A stretch of 64,000 nt of DNA, taken from NCBI GenBank assembly GCA_002245135.1, contig NGBS01000295.1, positions 124,001 to 188,000 of the forward strand. Reading direction: 5' to 3'. The translations under genes and the position numbers were made by a program. Every line of letters begins with the position of its first letter. Position 1 is the stretch's first letter. The notes below the pieces were generated by a model, which was given only the letters and a program-made list of their open reading frames with translations, did not search any database and was not told where the DNA came from. Shown here one piece after another: positions 63,750-64,000 of this stretch. This DNA comes from Proteromonas lacertae (lineage: Eukaryota).

Positions 63750-64000
63750 TGCTGTTTTATAAATATTTTGTGTTTGGACTCTGAAACGATCAAATATTTA
63801 GTTAATGTATCCCGCTTTTTAGTATAGTAATTATTCTATAAATTAATCATTCATCAGCATGAGGTATTTATTTCTTGCTCTATAGCTTCTTTTTAATTAT
63901 TCTTTTTTTATTTATTTTTTTCTTACTATTCTACACACATTACTCTCCTTTTTTATATCAGAAAATGCTAATCTATTTAATAGTAAGTTAAGTGGCGATA

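Noticed and set aside
1..64000. Stop codons created by polyadenylation, as reported in Blastocystis
   Set aside because: The genes whose 3' ends I could resolve have a genomic stop at a plausible position. It cannot be shown without mRNA data.
1..64000. Non-standard genetic code (stop reassignment)
   Set aside because: ORF breaks are explained by introns or frame changes rather than in-frame stops. Long ORFs of 1358 and 1463 aa read in the standard code, and TAA, TAG and TGA all end genes.
1..64000. CRISPR arrays, tRNA/rRNA genes, intact transposons
   Set aside because: No regularly spaced repeats, cloverleaf or rRNA-like GC-rich segments, or transposase/RT motifs were seen. Repeats are only (TA)n, (TAA)n and coding low-complexity tracts.

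Overview
This is AT-rich eukaryotic nuclear DNA, not prokaryotic. It is gene-dense (about 25 genes), with tiny GT-AG introns of about 21-45 nt and head-to-head intergenic gaps of only 52-105 bp. That pattern resembles Blastocystis-type stramenopile protists (inference). Housekeeping genes include an Hsp110-like chaperone, RpiA, Vps8, EMC10, TPGS2, a YEATS protein, a PHD-bromodomain protein, a calpain-7-like protease, a DENN-PDZ protein and a bZIP factor. Two loci stand out. (1) A ~12 kb gene for a class C (7tm_3) GPCR whose ectodomain appears to be nine tandem UrtA/AmiC-like periplasmic-binding (Venus flytrap) domains. (2) An NLR-like DUF4062(TIR-like)-NACHT-WD40 gene that appears fused to a C-terminal TRPM-type SLOG domain, flanked by a pseudokinase-LRR gene and a triple-WWE gene; this is a candidate ADP-ribose/NAD-linked surveillance cluster. 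A recurring (A/G)GCTTG(A/G) element marks many gene starts. About 15 apparent single-base insertions break genes and are most likely assembly errors. All domain calls are by eye from motif recall; no searches were run, and exon boundaries are manual.
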